Both the position numbers and the translations under genes were made by a program. This document shows, piece after piece, positions 39,124 through 53,025 of a stretch of DNA of 64,000 bases. The stretch comes from Octopus vulgaris (taxonomy: Eukaryota): positions 18,910,001 through 18,974,000 of the forward strand of contig OX597821.1 in the NCBI GenBank assembly GCA_951406725.2. The letters are read 5' to 3'. The notes beneath the pieces are model-generated. The model was not told the DNA's origin and did not search any database. It saw nothing but the letters and a program-made list of their open reading frames with translations. The number at the start of each line of letters is the position of its first letter. The first letter of the stretch is position 1.

Positions 39124-39172
<49 letters not shown>

Positions 39173-39194
39173 GAAGCAGGGAGGCTGAAATAGA

Positions 39195-39672
39195 TGTTAA
39201 TATTGCAGACGGTGGCACAGTAATGCACATTAATACGCCGGCTCCAGTATTCGATCTTCAGAAGAGAAGCCTATCTTTATCCACGTTCATGAATATTGAC
39301 AGATGGCCGAAAGGGTACGATCACACACTGAAGTGGCCGAAACGGAGTTCTTCTGAAGGATCTCTGATGCAACAATACTCGACCGAACGCGAAGTTCACT
39401 TAAATAATTTCTTCAGGTTGAGCCTGGATTCGCCGTATTGATAGGTCACAACACCAGTAATACGGTCGTGTAATTAGAATGTCGCTGGAAAGTATCGCAA
39501 GCCAGGCACTTCTAGCCGATCCAAGCGACGCGTAACCGAGGAGTACGCCAAGAACGAGAAGGTTGCATATTTATAGTCTCAGTTGATTACGCTTGGGAAT
39601 TCAGCTGGAAAGTGCAGTTAGGACAGCTTCTGATAGGACACTCAGGACACTGTGGAGGAGGTGTGTGAATAC
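39195..39672 (-). mobile_element. Possible LTR remnant
   Basis: CpG-rich block with minus-strand ctataaata at 39568-39576 and an AACA end at 39195. The other terminus and a TSD were not found. Confidence 0.35.
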
Positions 39673-39731
39673 GTATGTATGAGTATATATGTATACACAC
39701 ACATACATACATACATACATACATACATACA

Positions 39732-39767
<36 letters not shown>

Positions 39768-39865
39768 CACACGTGTATATATATATATATATATATTATA
39801 CATACATACTTAGATACATACATACTGACTTACATACATACCTACATACATACATATATACACAC

Positions 39866-39926
<61 letters not shown>

Positions 39927-39931
<5 letters not shown>

Positions 39932-40191
39932 CCCTATTTGATTATGTTTACATATTGCTTGATAGATTTGTTCGTAAATTTTTTTACCGGCATGCTCTCA
40001 GTCGCCGGGTATGTTTTGCGTCTGCGCGGAAGTTTGGAAAGTTAAGGTATACAAACCGTTAGATCTACACGTGCTCTAACGGTCTGTGCGTCTAGGATTA
40101 AGAAGGCTCCCCACTGATATTTGCCTTAGCAAATATATTCTTTTGTGCTAGGCCACTGGTAATAATAATTTATGTTATTACCCTATTTGAT

Positions 40192-40197
<6 letters not shown>
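39927..40197 (+). mobile_element. Degenerate relative of the 21193-21784 module with 21-bp terminal direct repeat
   Basis: tattaccctatttgattatgt occurs at both ends. It shares ccactgat..gcctt.gcaaat and ctaggccactggta with the 21193 module and is flanked by (TA)n. Confidence 0.55.
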
Positions 40198-40263
<66 letters not shown>

Positions 40264-40944
40264 TATACGTGTTTATATATATGTAACTCTGTCTATCTAT
40301 CTATCATCTATCTATCAATCTATCTATCTTCTGTTTGTATGTCTGTTTGTTTTATCTTTCTGTAGTGATACCGAAGCTAGAGCTTTGGAATTGGCCTCTT
40401 AATTCTCCTACGTGCATATCGGTTTAAATGTATTGTGTCTCAGTATAACATTTGAAAATATAAACCTATTGCTCACTGAATATAATTGTACAACTTCCTC
40501 TTATTGAGCAAATTAAAATATATTACCTTCACTTTCCGAATAATATTTCAGGTGTATGTGAAACGAATTCGATCAATTTGTGCCGAACTTGAGTGGTCTG
40601 TCTCAAACAATGGAAGAAAAAAAACACATGCCTTTGATTAACTTACAAGCGGTAATTGAGAGGCACTGTTTGGCACAGGCCAAGTGTCATGGAACAAATT
40701 TATAATCAAATAAATTTCAGCCGTGAACTTTCCGTCTATCATAAGGTTCTATATCAATAACTCTTTTAATGCTCTATATTAATAGAGCAGTTGAGGAGAG
40801 TTTTAAAAGAGGTTTGGTTGTTATTGCTCGTATATTATTACAACGTATAAACATGGATGTTGTGTGATTTACATCCTGGCTGGTGCGCTTAGCTAAATTC
40901 ACATAATTTGTGTGAATATGTATGGATGATTGCGTGCATGTGCG

Positions 40945-41116
40945 TCATTTGAATGCGTCCATGCTGGAGCGCCGCCTTTAATCAAAGAAATCGACCCCAG
41001 AACTCATTCTTTGTATGCCTAGTACTTATTCTATTGGTGTATTTTGCTGAAGCGCTAGGTTACGAAGAAGTAAACACACAAACATCGGTTGTCAAGTGAT
41101 AGTGGGGGACAAAGAC

Positions 41117-41184
<68 letters not shown>

Positions 41185-41342
41185 GACGTGCTTCTTTCAG
41201 TTTCCGTCTACCAAATCCACTCACAAGGCTTTGGTCGGCCTGAGACTATAGTAGAAGACACTTGCCCAAGGTACCACACAGTGGAACTGAACCCAGTATC
41301 ATGTAGTTGGTAAGCAACCTACTTACCACACAGCCACTCCTG
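40945..41342 (-). mobile_element. tRNA/CORE-type SINE
   Basis: Same family as 23650-24070. Confidence 0.9.
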
Positions 41343-42763
41343 CGTCTGTTAATATATGAAGAAATAGTTGAATAACTGTAAACCTACTTTTTGGCCACCT
41401 TGTATGTTATTCCATTCTGTTTAAGGTGTTGTCTACCACTTCCGTAGTAAATGTTGCTCAATACATTTGAGTGATAGATTACCTATGACCTTATGCTTTC
41501 ATAAAGGCTTTATTTATGAAATCTTTTTATAAAAGAAGTATAACCGTGTCTTTTCTGCAGTACAGAGATAGCATTTTTTTGCCTCCAATTGGGTCTGGAG
41601 AGTTTCGTGATTATTCATTGCAAAGTCTTTCCTTTCAACTTCCAGAATTAATAATCTAATTTTGTAGTGTTTTCTGTGCTTAACGGAAAAAGTATGAGTA
41701 TAAAATCTCTGCTTAAATTTTCCTTCACACCTCTGTGACTATAATATGTTTTGCAACGTTCAGTAAAAAGTTGGTGTATACACAGGGCGTAATGTCTCAA
41801 GAGGCCTTGGTAAGCAGAATTTTATGATTCAGTCACTCATAGTAGACAGTAGCTTATGCAGTTAATCAGCTAGGATTTTCGTATACGCAAACCAATGTCA
41901 TCATTTCGCTTCTCATGTAGACATATTTGATTTCAATTAGTTCTCCTTCGGTTGACCGTTATATTACAGAAATAGCAGCTGAATAGCAGCTCTGTTGTAA
42001 CTCGAGCAGTAGAATGCTCAAGCTTATTTCTCTTTTCCTCACCCAGTAGAGTACACGTACTTTAGTAGCAGGTCCATTGAAGAGAACAGATAGAATCATT
42101 CGCAGTAAACTGACCAGTTTCTGGGGCATCTAATGATTGAGAAAACTTTTCAAGTCACTTTATTGTGATTTGATTAAGCAGGGTTTTCTTTAAATTAGGC
42201 TGCTCGGGCACAAGGAATTCCCCCTAACACTTATTACTGTCAATATGTAAGAAGACAAGATTAATATAAAGTTACAGTTTACTAGTGTATGCGATTGTAG
42301 GCTCCCAAATCACCAAAGGACGTTTAGAGAGCAACAAACTGATATATTGCGCTAGTACTAGATATGAGAGGCATAAGGAACTTCGGTGTTTCAAAGCATC
42401 TGTACATCGTAGAGATGAAAGTAAGACACGCTTGCGTAGCATAAATACCACTCTCTGTGTTTTAGTTACTGTCAAATGTTATCTAACAGATAACTTATTC
42501 CAGTAACTATAACACGTTAAAATGAGTGGTGGAAACATCAAGGAGAAGGCTTGTATTAGAATTTCCTTCTTCATGTTGTAGCTAGCTAATGAATATTTAC
42601 AATATAGACGGGATTTGAATCACGGTAGTTACAATCAAGATGGATATTCCAGATAGAAATAGGACTTCCATGTAATCTTATAACAGGCTAGTTCACTATT
42701 TCGACTACTTCGAACTTACTAAGTCTGTTACTGTCTGTCGGTTAAGCCAGTGTTGGTATGAAA

Positions 42764-43183
42764 GGCGGCGAGCTGGCAGAAACGTTACCACGCCGGGCGA
42801 AATGCTTAGCGGTATTTCGTCTAGCGCTACGTTTCGAGTTCAAATTCCGCCGAGGTCGACTTTGCCTTTCATCCTTTCGGGGTCGATAAATTAAGTACCA
42901 GTTGAGCACTGGGGTCGATGTAATCGACTTAATACCTATGACTGTCCTTGTTTGTCCCCTCTGTGTTTAACCCCTTGTGGGTAATAAAGAAATAGGTATT
43001 TCGTCTGGCGCTACGTTCCGAGTTCAAATTCCGCCGAGGTCGACTTTGCCTTTCATCCTTTCGGGTTCGATAAATTAAGTACCAGTTAAGCACTGGAGTC
43101 GATGTAATCGACTTAATACCTATGCCTGTCCTTGTTTGTCCCCTCTATGTTTAGCCCCTTGTGGGTAATAAAGAAATAGGTAT
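42764..43183 (+). mobile_element. Nin/Deu-domain SINE with 185-bp tandemly duplicated body
   Basis: ggcggcgagctggcagaaacg head; 42811-42995 closely matches 42996-43180. Confidence 0.9.
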
Positions 43184-43199
43184 GACCAGCTCACTCAAA

Positions 43200-43440
43200 G
43201 GTCTTGTCTTTCCTATTCAGGAATTTTAGCAATGCCCTACCACAGAGCTTTTACTCCATCCTTTCACCGGAGCTGTATAACCATTGCGAACGGGATGAGG
43301 GAAGTTATTCTGGATTCCATGACCAGAGAAGCAGATTCACATTCGCCATGATTGACCGCTACTCCAAATGTTTTTTATTTCTTCCTAAAGACTTTCTCAC
43401 CTTCCAGAGCATCAAACTAATTCAACTGCTTCTTGTTTAT
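43200..43440 (+). pseudogene. Possible decayed CR1/L2-type LINE 3' fragment
   Basis: Weak resemblance (CPTEL, RYSKCF) to C-termini of such RTs. Confidence 0.25.
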
Positions 43441-43482
43441 ACACCTGTCTTCGTCTTTTGTTTTCCGTACATTTCAACTATA

Positions 43483-43540
<58 letters not shown>

Positions 43541-43614
43541 CATACATACATACATACATACATACATACATACATACTTACTTACATACATACATACATA
43601 CATGCATACATACA

Positions 43615-43740
43615 AACAAAGAAACAAAAACACCATGTTTATGTTGAGATTCCAATGACGGATCCTTGGATCTATGTAAGAAACTGGTTCTTTCTCTATT
43701 GGCAAGAAATCGTGAAATAAACTGAATAATGACATGCATA
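43615..43740 (+). mobile_element. Isolated 3' tail of the (TACA)n-associated REL LINE family
   Basis: Matches 49165-49265 (attccaatga.gga.ccttggatcta..agaaac.gg.tctttctctattggcaag) and is embedded in (TACA)n. Confidence 0.75.
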
Positions 43741-43750
43741 CATACATACA

Positions 43751-43783
<33 letters not shown>

Positions 43784-43806
43784 GCATACACACATACATA
43801 CATACT

Positions 43807-43854
<48 letters not shown>

Positions 43855-44003
43855 AGCGTACATAAATATACGTATTTGTGTGTATTTATGTTGACACATA
43901 TATAGATATATCACACACATATGCATACATATATATATTTATATATATCCAAACACACACCCAGGCACTCATATATGTGTGTGTGTATATATATATATAT
44001 ATG

Positions 44004-44075
<72 letters not shown>

Positions 44076-44713
44076 GCGGATGTATGTATATATCTATATT
44101 ATGTACATATTTATGAAAAATATACCTGTCAATTTATATATGTACACACAATACATAAACACGCTCGCGCTCAAGCACGCACACTCTCACACACACATAG
44201 AGACAGAGTATAATGGCTACATATTATTTATTCGCGTATGTAAGAGCAGGGGAGTTTTCCTGAGTGATTTCATAATTTATACATCCCCATATGTTTACAG
44301 AGATTAGTATGCGTGCGATTCCATACGCCTGTTTAATCCCTTTCACGTGTACTGTCCATACGTATAGGTGTTTAAAACATACATATCGCAAATGTAAAAA
44401 AGATTAAAGTAGATAAATGCAATCTATCCAACAAATCTACTTTGGCAAATTCACTGGCGTGAAAGAAAATATAATATTCGTTTCGTTGTTATTGTGGTAA
44501 TTTATAGATTTATTCATCTGCGTATTGTGGGGTATTATTTACTCTATGTTTGTACACTTGTGTGTATTTATGTATGCCTATATTTAGAATACACATATAT
44601 ATATATATATATATGAATATATATACATATATATCATATATATATATGTGTGCGTGTGTGTGTGCGCGTGTATATACACATACTCAAACACAAACATGCA
44701 TATATATGCGTAA

Positions 44714-44768
<55 letters not shown>

Positions 44769-45003
44769 GTACACGCACATACGAACTCCAATATGCATAT
44801 ATATATATACATACATAAATATGTATACATGTGTGTGAGTTCGTGAGCGTGTATGTGTTTGTGCGAGTATGTGTGTGTCTGTGTATATATACATATATAT
44901 ATATATATATTTATATATCCATATAACTCTAAGCATCTCTCTCTCTCTATCTATCTATTTATCTCTCTCTATTTCTCTCTCTCTCTCTATCTATCTATCT
45001 ATA

Positions 45004-45062
<59 letters not shown>

Positions 45063-45419
45063 TTATCTGTCTATCTTTATAACCATATTGGTCTGTTTAT
45101 TTAATTTTCTACCAAATCATAAGCGTGCGAATGTCTTGTTAAAAGATATTCCATTAAGCATGGTATGTTCTAGATACAGCAGCTACGTCACCTCTTAAGC
45201 ATTTCGACGAATTAAATATAGATAAAACAGAAAAAAAAGCATAATGGATAAGAAAAGAAACAAGGAAGCTAGAAGAATATACTGTTTGTACGAAAATGAT
45301 CAATTTTTAATGGTTCTGCCATTTCGAATTCCGGGTCGAATATATTTCGAGGAAAATGAGTGCAAAATTTGTTTTGTCTATTGGAATGAGTCTAAATCTC
45401 TTATGTAGGTCACTGTTGC

Positions 45420-46425
45420 ACTCTTGAAACACAGCTAACGCTGGAGATGTACTACAGTGTCAGCTGTTCACTACCAGTGAACTAAGGTAACATCTCATAT
45501 TGTTCGAGCCTTTCCGGAGTATTCGAGCGGTTCCAAGCAGTGCTGTTTTCTGCAAGTCCTCCACCTTTATTGCAGCCCCTATTTGTTCCACGTACGTCTC
45601 GAGATTTTTGCTCACTGTTACTAGGGCTCCGACAATTATTGGTACTACAGCTACCTTTTTCATCGACCACAACTGCTTAAACTTCCCAAGCTTACCTGTC
45701 ATATCTCTCGACTTTTCTTTCTTCCTCATCGCATAACTTGTTGTCAGCTGGGCATGCTATATCTAAGATCCAGCATAGTTTGTTTTCTTTCTCATTTTGT
45801 CCGGCTTCCTATTCTCTATCTTATGGTCGCACTGAATCATAAAATCCAATAGGATCTTTGCATTTCTATCTTCGACGATGCCTTCAGGTTTGTGGTCGTA
45901 CCAATTTTTTGCTTTGTCATGTCCATATTTGTTGCAAATTGTCCGATGGACAAGCCTGGTTATATTGTCGTGGCGTCTCTTATATTCCTTCTGGGCTAGT
46001 GGCGTACATTGGCTGGTAATATGCCGTGCGGTTTCACGGTTTTGTCCATAGATTCTGCACTTATCACTTTCTGATGTGTTGTCTATTCTGTATTTTATGT
46101 AGTTTGTTCTTAGTGCTTGCTCTTGGGCAGCACAGATTAGAGCCTCAGTTTGCAGTTTTAAATCACTTTTAGGCATCCACAGCCATCTTTTTTCTCTGTC
46201 TACCTTATCTTCAACATCCCTATGAAATTGACCATGCCTTCTTTTCTTTACCCACCTATTTTCAGTTTAATTCGTTTTAAATTTCTTGTATAGTGCTTTA
46301 TCTTTGCAATTATTCATCCCATACAAGCCTGACCTTCTTACTTCTAATCATAGCGGTTCTGCGGCATTTTTACATACCATGCTATATTGTTTTCTTCTGC
46401 TCTAATGCTGTGTTCGCATCCAATA
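45420..46425 (-). mobile_element. R4/Dong-clade LINE 3' fragment (CCHC plus REL endonuclease)
   Basis: TEALICAAQEQALRTNY, EYKRRHD, WYDHKP, DFMIQCD, RKPD, VVPIIVGAL, LQKTALLGTARILRK. Confidence 0.9.
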
Positions 46426-48289
46426 ATACCTCTTCCCCCTCTTTTTCTTGGTGCATACACTCTGTCTGTGTCACTTTTTGTGTGGAGTGACCCATATCTA
46501 CCTTTATTGAATATTTTGGAAGTTCTACTTTTTATTGGAGTTAGACTATAAGCTTCAGTTTATAAAAATATTTCCATTATATTTTACCGTCTAAAGCGAA
46601 GATAAAACAAATGGCGTATTCTTCTTTACTCGAATCACGCATCTTAGAATGTGTAAAGCAACCAAAATAAAAGTATAAAGAAAAATAACCCTGGTATTAA
46701 CAACTGGCAGCGGACAAAAAAACAATATAAAACAAAACAAAATGAAAACAAACGAAATTGCAATAGAAAAACTCATTATAGTGAACAAAATGCTTGGCTA
46801 CAATAGTAAACATATACATTCTACCTCAAATATTATGCTAACTTAGAAAACGTATGACTCCTCGTATGTGTCAATTTGTTATTGGTTGTCTGATATTAGC
46901 ACGAATCAACGAAGAAACTCATTGCTGAAAATATAAACAAGACCTTCGGCTCTTGTTTAGATTCAGTGATTCGGGTACTGCTCGCGGCCGTGACACAGTA
47001 TGTCGGAAAGTGGATGTCTCAGAATCACTTGTAGTAATGCATCATTTTTTTAGGAATATATATTCATCGTAAATGTATATTCATCGTTATGCATACAATA
47101 GTAACTAGCATATTCATGTTCGAATCTGCCGGAACGTATTACGAATAAATTTACAAGTCATCGCTGAACAGAACATTTTTTCTGAAAGAATGAAGGCTAG
47201 GCAGCATATTGCTCGCAAGACAGATAGAGACTATCGCAGGTATGCAGGAGGGTGGTTGCCTTATTGCATCCAAGGAAACCGTGAAAACAACCCTGGCCGC
47301 CAGTTCAAGTGAAAGGTTGATGAGCGAGGGCATACGACGCCATATTTGTAGGATTGTTTTATAGAGGAGGAACAAAAATCTCTCATGGCATGACTGGTGT
47401 ACCTTTTGCTGATCTCAGAAAAGAAAAGACAAAACCTACTTCGATTTTAAATATTAACGGAGAATGTAATACAATTAGTTTCACTTTGACATTAAATCGG
47501 CTTTGATAATCTTGTTAATTAATGAGTTTCGACCAATAAAAACCTAGCGGAGCTCAAATACAAGCCGTCTAATTAATTAACAATAACTCAATTATGTAAT
47601 AATTAGGAATTGTACTTTTTAAGATTCAGTGTTATATTTGTTTCATTGATTCTTGTTTTAAATTTTTAAATATTTTCACATCATGTATGAAAATGAATCA
47701 TGTATGTATGTAAGTATGTAAGTATGTATGTATGTATGTATGTATGTATGTATGTATGTATGTATGTATGTATGCATGTATGTATATATACTCCTGTATA
47801 TGTATGCTTGAATGTATGTACACATATATGTTAGTATGTCTGTCTGTCTGCACGTACACTTGTATATATAGATATGTATTTATGCATGTATGTGCGTATG
47901 TGTATTATATAAGTATCAGTATTTAAGTGTCTGTGCGTCGTTTATGTATTTCTATACAGGTATCTATCTGAGTATCCGCTGTATGTATGAATGTATGCAT
48001 GTATATATGTATGTACATACATACATATATATATACACACATATGTGTGTGTCAGAGTGTGTGTGTGATGGGTCTGCATGTCTGTGTTTTCTCCTATTTC
48101 CTCTTTTAAGGGAAGAAGAAAACCTTCGAAATTATATACCTTTAACGACGAAGCAGTATTTTTGATTATGGACTTGGATCATCTTGTTGATTTCTCTATT
48201 TTCTATTTTTACTACTTCGCCATATTCATGAGTACATACATACATCAACCAAATACGTCACGTACAAAAGGGATAGAGATGCAGGAAAA

Positions 48290-49265
48290 GTAGTAAACTC
48301 TGACAACCGATGCAGACTTAGTGGAGTTAACATCGGAGATCTCACCCACATCATAAGGAATTGTCTGAAAATGTCATCACGGTATTATCTACCGATGAGA
48401 CATGATGTTGTAGCTAGGACACTCTATAATGAAATCCGTTGGAAGGACAAAGAAATAAGAACTCTCAATACGGTAGAAGTACAAAGAAATAAGAAATATC
48501 AACATGGTAGAAGCCATAGCCACTGCTAATAAAAAAGGAGTACTGATGAAATGTCCCAGTGAAAACCTCAATAAAATGTAAGCACAACAGATATGATAAA
48601 ATGATTTGGGATAGAGAAGAGAGACTGTACAACTGTGGAAATTAACTGCCCAGCAGATGTTAACATAAAGCTAAAGACCAGTGAAAAACAGAATAACTGA
48701 ATAACTACGCTGAACTGTTGAGAAATCTTCAGTTACTCTACCCAGATTCCAATTTCAGGTTTATACCTGTAGTTATTCATTCCTGGGATATGGAACACAC
48801 TGCCTAAATACCAATCTTGAAAAATTAGACTTCTCAAGACCAGAAAGAACAAAGCTAATTTTAAAATTACAGGTCCAATCCATCACTGGAACCGTAAAAA
48901 TCTGGAAACCTTCCAGAAATTTGTCATTTAAATATATATTAGCATGTCTAGATATGCAACTATATGCATAAGAATACATACATAAAACAAAATATACAAA
49001 TCTTCACCTATACATACATATATACATACATACATACATACATGCATAAATACATACATACATACATACATACATACATACATACATACATACATACATA
49101 CATACATACAAACATACATATATACATGCATAAATACATACGTACATACAAAAATAACCTGTTGTTGATGTTGAAATTCCAATGAAGGAGCCTTGGATCT
49201 AGGTTAGAAACCGGCTCTTTCTCTATTGGCAAGTATTTTTGAAATAAAACTGAATAATAAGATGC
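48290..49265 (+). mobile_element. Second REL-type (R4-related) LINE family, 3' fragment with (TACA)n-containing 3' UTR
   Basis: NRCRL...THII..C.KMSSRYYLPMRHDVVA, CPADVNI, YAELLRNLQLLYP, QSITGTVKI. Confidence 0.8.
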
Positions 49266-49337
49266 ATACACATACATACTTACTTACAAAGACACATACA
49301 CACAAATACACACATATGCATACGTACTTTCAATCAT

Positions 49338-49381
<44 letters not shown>

Positions 49382-49734
49382 TAGGTTGGTGGAAAGGTAA
49401 TGGCTGATTCTCTTAAAGCAAGTCTACTCATTATAAACCTATATATCACTTCAACCAATGCCTGTGTTCGTTTCAGTGCCGAACCAAGAGAATAAATTTA
49501 TAAAATATATAAAGAACATTAAGAGATAGTGGCTGCAAGCTTAAAATCATATAAGTAAAATTAAGAGATATGTTTCAGGATTATATAAAAGAAGGGCGCT
49601 ATTAAGCACCAGCTTTGCTAAAAATAGGAATCAAAAATACCCCGAAGACACAAAAGTAAGCATTAGATTTTCACAGGTATGGTTGGAAAAAAGAAACTAA
49701 GTGAATAACGATGTTATATATATATACATGTGTT

Positions 49735-50620
49735 TTTGTAATAGGGTGCAGCATTTTGAAATGCTGTCTCATCCGAAGAAATCGATGATATTCTCCTACC
49801 TACATTATCGAGTAGTTCCTAAGAAAAACTGGTGGATGATTAAACCGTAAGCCCATCCTTTGGAAAAGAAAGAGTTAGATCCTTCCTAAGCTTATCTAAT
49901 TCATGGCCGTTTAAATTATGGGTGACTATAAGGCCGTCATCCCTGCATAATCCTGTGTCTATAAAGGGGAATTCTAGATTTAGATGGTTAAAAATATATG
50001 AGCACACATAACTCAGCCCCGTCATATGGCCCCATCGGTTCATCGAAAAGAGAATCTACACTCTTTTTGGGCCAGGTAGAATTCTCGTGAAAAAGAAGGG
50101 ATTTCCTCGTATGTATGATATCTATTTCCGAGTCATCCATGGTGACATATTGTTTGGCGAAGTCTAATGCTTTTAGAAGCAAAGGTCTGGATATTGACGG
50201 GTAAAAGTCAATAATATCTGCAGTTATACTTATGGCATAAGTTGCAGTTATGTTTATGGCTAATCCCTTTAAACCAATCTATTACTGACTTGCTATTTTT
50301 CCAAATCCGTAAACTTAATTCACCATCTAAGTTAAAATACGATCTAAAATATATTTGCTAATAATACATATTTCAGTTTTAGCAGGATTAATCAATCTAC
50401 ATTTAGGGTTTCTATCAAAATTAGCTTTATGGTCTTATAGGGTGATAAAAGGGTGGCGTGGGGGGGGGGGTATTTTATCCTATCACTAATTTTAAGATTG
50501 TTAGCTATTCTTCTTGCCCCCAAATTCATCCTTGAATAAATTGGCGTTGTCTTTTTTGTAGGTATATGTGATGCTATTCAAAATTAGGCGCTTATAAACG
50601 TCCTTATCAATTTTAATGTA
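49735..50620 (-). pseudogene. Penelope-like reverse transcriptase remnant (Naiad-like by motif)
   Basis: TYKDHKANF..NPKCRLINPAKTE, DIIDFYPSI, RKSLLF, MGPYDGAELC, GLCRDDGL, NHPP..RRISSISS..AAPYY, frameshifted and internally deleted. The clade assignment is inference. Confidence 0.85.
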
Positions 50621-50844
50621 TTAATTGATTTATATTTTGTATAGAATTATTTACCAGATGTATTTAAAATCTGTGCTTCTATTCAAGGTTTTCTTCGATT
50701 TTACAAGAGGAATTTATACTGAATTTATTTTGTTCATTGCATGACTGTTAGTTGAAAGAACCAATGAAACAAAGCCATTTTCAAAGGTGTATCCTTTATA
50801 CTAGTTTTATATTTGATTATATCGTCATTTCTGTTCCATTCTAA

Positions 50845-50892
50845 CAAAACTACCCGACGAACGGGAACGTGAAACTCTGAGTAACAGTTTTG
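50845..50892 (+). ncRNA. Degenerate hammerhead-like fold upstream of AATAAA and (TA)n
   Basis: caaaact ac CCGACGA acg ggaa cgt GAAAC tctga GTA ac agttttg. Confidence 0.5.
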
Positions 50893-50964
50893 GTGATATT
50901 TCTGCCGCTTTTAATAAAGTGTATATGTATATATATATATATATATATATACATATATATATAC

Positions 50965-51016
<52 letters not shown>

Positions 51017-51151
51017 ATTCATATATACTGTATATGAATACGCCCGTATTTGAATACATGGAACTGCTTCGTAGACAATATAAATGAATACACATATCTG
51101 CCTATATACAAATAATACACAAGCGAGCACACACACACACTCTTATATATG

Positions 51152-51210
<59 letters not shown>

Positions 51211-51791
51211 GTATGAATGTATATATATACACGATGTACCTATAATATTATTGTAGTATTACTCAATTTCTGCAGTAATAATTTTTTTCTCTCATGTTTC
51301 AAAATGGCATCCTCAAGTAATATTATATCGAATACCTTTAGTCCACACTAATTCCTTTTTCTTACTAAAGCCCCTTTGTATTCTAGGATAGACCTAGAAG
51401 TTCCATTAAAAAATAGATTACATACATTATGAAAATTGAATTACAGGAAGATTTAATCAAATCAACCGTCTCTCAATGAAAATTTCTAAACTATGCTAAG
51501 CCATTGGAAGTGTGGATGAAAATATCCATCTTCACAATTGACTTTCAGGTCGTATACCTTTAGGGAAGCGATAAAGCGTGGTGGAGTTTATATAATTAGA
51601 TAGTATAAAAGGTTTAGCAGTGATAAATAAAAATAAGGGGAGAAACAACATAGGGTTAATGGTAAGCCGTTTTGAGATGGTCTAGGAGATGAGTAGATAG
51701 GCGCAGTGATAGATAAGTAGATGCGAATACATGGCACAAATATATATCAAATATTTCTGTGTATGCATGTGTGTGAGTGTGTGAATGTGTG

Positions 51792-51824
<33 letters not shown>

Positions 51825-52854
51825 ATGTGTGTGTGTGGAATACATCATTCAACCACGGTAGTGGTTCAATATATTCTTAAGTCCACCATTTCGTCAATCG
51901 CAGCAGCTTCTAAGCTTCACCACTAATTCAGTTCTCTACTAAATTGCAAACTATTAACAGCTTTAAAGAAGACACCTCCTCGGCTACACTTTGGCATAAA
52001 TAGTTTGAGATTTGGTTCAGTAGAAAAAAAGTTACATCAAAATATGTCTGGTCTAAAGGTGGGCAGTAAGGCACCTATTCATCTTCAGTTAACATAATTT
52101 TTTCAAATTTTAAAATAAAAGTATACTTTCCTCAGGCTTAAATGACAGAAAAATGCACGAGAAATTCAGAATCGTTAGCTGCATTGAACAAAAATTAGTA
52201 GAAAAAATGGTATGAGGTGAAATGTTATCAAATTTATTATCAGTAAGTGAGGAAGAAAGAAGTAACGCCCGAATTATGTTAAGATAAGAATATATTACTA
52301 AAAGGAATGCTTACATGCCTTCGCGGCCAGTGGGCAGAAATGTTAGCGCTCCGGGCGAAATGCTTCGTGGTATTTCGTCTGTTTTTTCGTTCTCAGTTCA
52401 AATTCCATCGAGGTCGACTTTGCCTTTGGTATATTATTTATTTTAATTAAGTATTTAATAAAGTTATTTTTAACATGCTGTTGAATTCGGGTAAGTGTAA
52501 CTTTTATTATTAATTTTCTCTTCCAACTTTACTTAATTTGCTTTCTGCTTTTTTGCTTTTCCTTTTTAGTTGCTTTCATTTTCTTTTTAGTTAATTATTT
52601 AATCAGGCTAGTTCATTAATGCGTTATATGCTTCAGATATGTGCATCTAAATTTACTGGGGCAGGAATATAGTCATTTCTGGCTGTGTCTCTATGGGAAA
52701 ACCTGAAGGCATGTAGTAAGGCTGTCCAGAAAAGGCATTGGTTAAAAGTGCTTATATATTCTAAATTTTCGGCGGAATTTCAACTCAGAACTTAAAAACG
52801 GACGAAATGCCGATAGCCATTTTGCCCGGTGTGCTAACGATTCTACCTTCTCAG

Positions 52855-53025
52855 TGGGAAGAGGGTCGAAAGCGTGACTCACATTGTTAATTCTCGTGAA
52901 AGTCTTGCGCAGAAAGAGTGCAAGCGTAGACACGACAAGTTTGTCAAAAACCTCCACTGGCTACTATGCTTTAATATTGTATATGAGGTTGCGGGTGCTT
53001 GATACCAACATACACCGGAAAAGCA
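52855..53025 (+). mobile_element. Short R4/Dong fragment (CCHC/RHD region)
   Basis: Similar to 55170-55335. Confidence 0.75.

Noticed and set aside
39325-39355. Hammerhead at CTGAAGTGGCCGAAAC
   Set aside because: There is no room for stem II, A9 is missing, and stem I does not close.
41380-41700. Tc1/mariner (rosa-like) end ttttggccaccttgta and an LDY*FW motif
   Set aside because: No partner TIR or further transposase motifs were found.
46860-47010. CCAAT/TATA/Inr-like promoter arrangement
   Set aside because: Such short motifs are common in AT-rich DNA and no downstream ORF was identified.
49175-49220. Hammerhead-like CCAATGA...GAAACCGG in a LINE tail
   Set aside because: The core lacks U4-G5, there is no convincing stem I, and the second copy at 43650 does not keep the palindrome.
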